From positions 19,921-83,920 of the forward strand of contig JAHFFW010000004.1 of assembly GCA_023247725.1 (NCBI GenBank): a stretch of DNA of 64,000 bases, read 5' to 3'. A program made the translations under genes and the position numbers. This DNA comes from Candidatus Omnitrophota bacterium. Its GTDB lineage: Bacteria; Omnitrophota; Gorgyraeia; Zapsychrales; JAHFFX01. The notes beneath the pieces are model-generated. The model was not told the DNA's origin. It saw nothing but the letters and a program-made list of their open reading frames with translations, and made no database searches. Numbering within the stretch: position 1 is the stretch's first letter; every line of letters begins with the position of its first letter. Shown here piece after piece: positions 63,018 to 64,000 of this stretch.

Positions 63018-64000
63018 ATGCAGGACCTAATCACTATTAAAACCTTTCGCCGTAATTTCGAGGCGGAGCAAGCCAAGGAATTGCTTAAGGCAAATCAAAT
63101 CGAGGCGATTGTTTCTATTCCCAACTGGGGCGGCATTCTAAAGAGAGGTCCCCGAAGGTTTAGGAAATGTTCAACTCTTGGTTCATCAAAGTGAGGCTCA
63201 AAAGGCCCTCGATCTTTTGGAGTCGACCGAAAGTGAAGTCGACAATTCGGTTTTGCAAGAGGCCGTAGAAAACAATACCATGCTGTCGTTTCAACCGGAG
63301 AAAAAAGCGGAGAAAACTTATCGTCTTGTCCCCATGATGTTAGTTGTCGTTGTAATTTTTTTTCTGTCTATCGCGGCGGTTAATTTTTTTAGACCCTGGA
63401 TTTTCGTTGAATATTATAAAGGTGCAAAAGGTAATATCCATAAAGCGGTGCGAAGTGAAGCCATTGTCAGCCGGGGCAAGGCTAATGGCCTTTTGAAAGA
63501 ATTCTATCAAAATGGAGTTCTGCGCCGCACCGGTAATTTCCGTAACGGTCGGGCCGAGGGGATTTTTCGGCACTATGACGATAAAGGACATTTAAAAAGT
63601 GAAGCGACTTATCAGGACGGTAAATTGTATGGACCAACAAAAAGTTATTATGAAAACGGACAATTGGAATCTGAATTCAATTTTTTTGATAATGAGTTCG
63701 ATGGAATCCAGAAAGTTTATTATCCCAGCGGGGAGATTTGGCGTGAATTCACCTATCAAGGGGGAACGCGGCTGGATAAATCTGGAAATCCGGTTTCCGG
63801 AATGTTAAAAGAGTATCATGACAATGGAATTTTGGTCCTTGAAGAAAATTATGTCGCTGGACGGTTGCAGGGTGCGGCCCAATATTATGATCGTGAGGGT
63901 CATTTGGCTAACATTCAAGTTTTTGACCACGGAATCCCATTAGTTTTTAAGGAATTTTATACGAACGGTCAAGTAAGACATGAAGCGTATTATTCTCAGT
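63018..64000 (+). pseudogene. DUF2007-like domain + TM + MORN-variant (YwqK-like) repeats, interrupted by a +1 frameshift near 63150; 3' end beyond the window
   Basis: The frame from ATG 63018 (FEAEQAKELLKANQIEA) stops at 63194; the +1 frame is open 63142-64000 (VQLLVHQSEAQKALDLL, TM, YYENGQLESE-type repeats). Confidence 0.7.

Overview
Bacterial chromosomal window of moderate GC with every credible gene on the + strand. The gene repertoire and palindromic repeats are reminiscent of Ca. Omnitrophota or similar uncultured lineages, which is an impression and not a tested assignment. Positions 1 to ~38.8 kb hold a very large cell-surface glycan/rare-sugar locus that continues off the left edge. 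It includes split ThDP enzymes (E1 alpha and beta ~15.6 kb apart, a two-subunit transketolase), two cobalamin-binding radical SAM enzymes, five class I methyltransferases plus an NDP-sugar C-methyltransferase-like protein, and five SDRs plus an extended SDR. It also has an AsnB-type amidotransferase, a GMC oxidase, three polyprenol-phosphate GT2s each followed by a GT-C-like membrane protein, a FemAB-like GNAT and ApbE. Positions 38.9-50.4 kb cover alpha-glucan metabolism (glgP, glgB, GH57, malQ) with thyA-folA and a REC-EAL protein. Positions 50.4-64 kb contain a lipoprotein, hldD, a long coiled-coil protein, a Zn-dehydrogenase plus lsrF, a hemerythrin-like protein, two cysteine-free thioredoxin-fold paralogs, PadR, an acyl-CoA ligase, a divergent nucleoside phosphorylase, hicBA, a divergent MtnA, a truncated MtnA-like pseudo-subunit and a frameshifted DUF2007/MORN gene. 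The best candidate for a new system is a possible oxidative/thiolytic 5'-deoxyadenosine salvage route (phosphorylase, MtnA, Zn-dehydrogenase, LsrF). Other candidates are the modular ThDP/methyltransferase/GT2/GT-C glycan factory and nested palindromic elements in intergenic regions. No rRNA, tRNA, CRISPR array or transposase was recognised. All assignments come from motif reading by eye, with no database searches.
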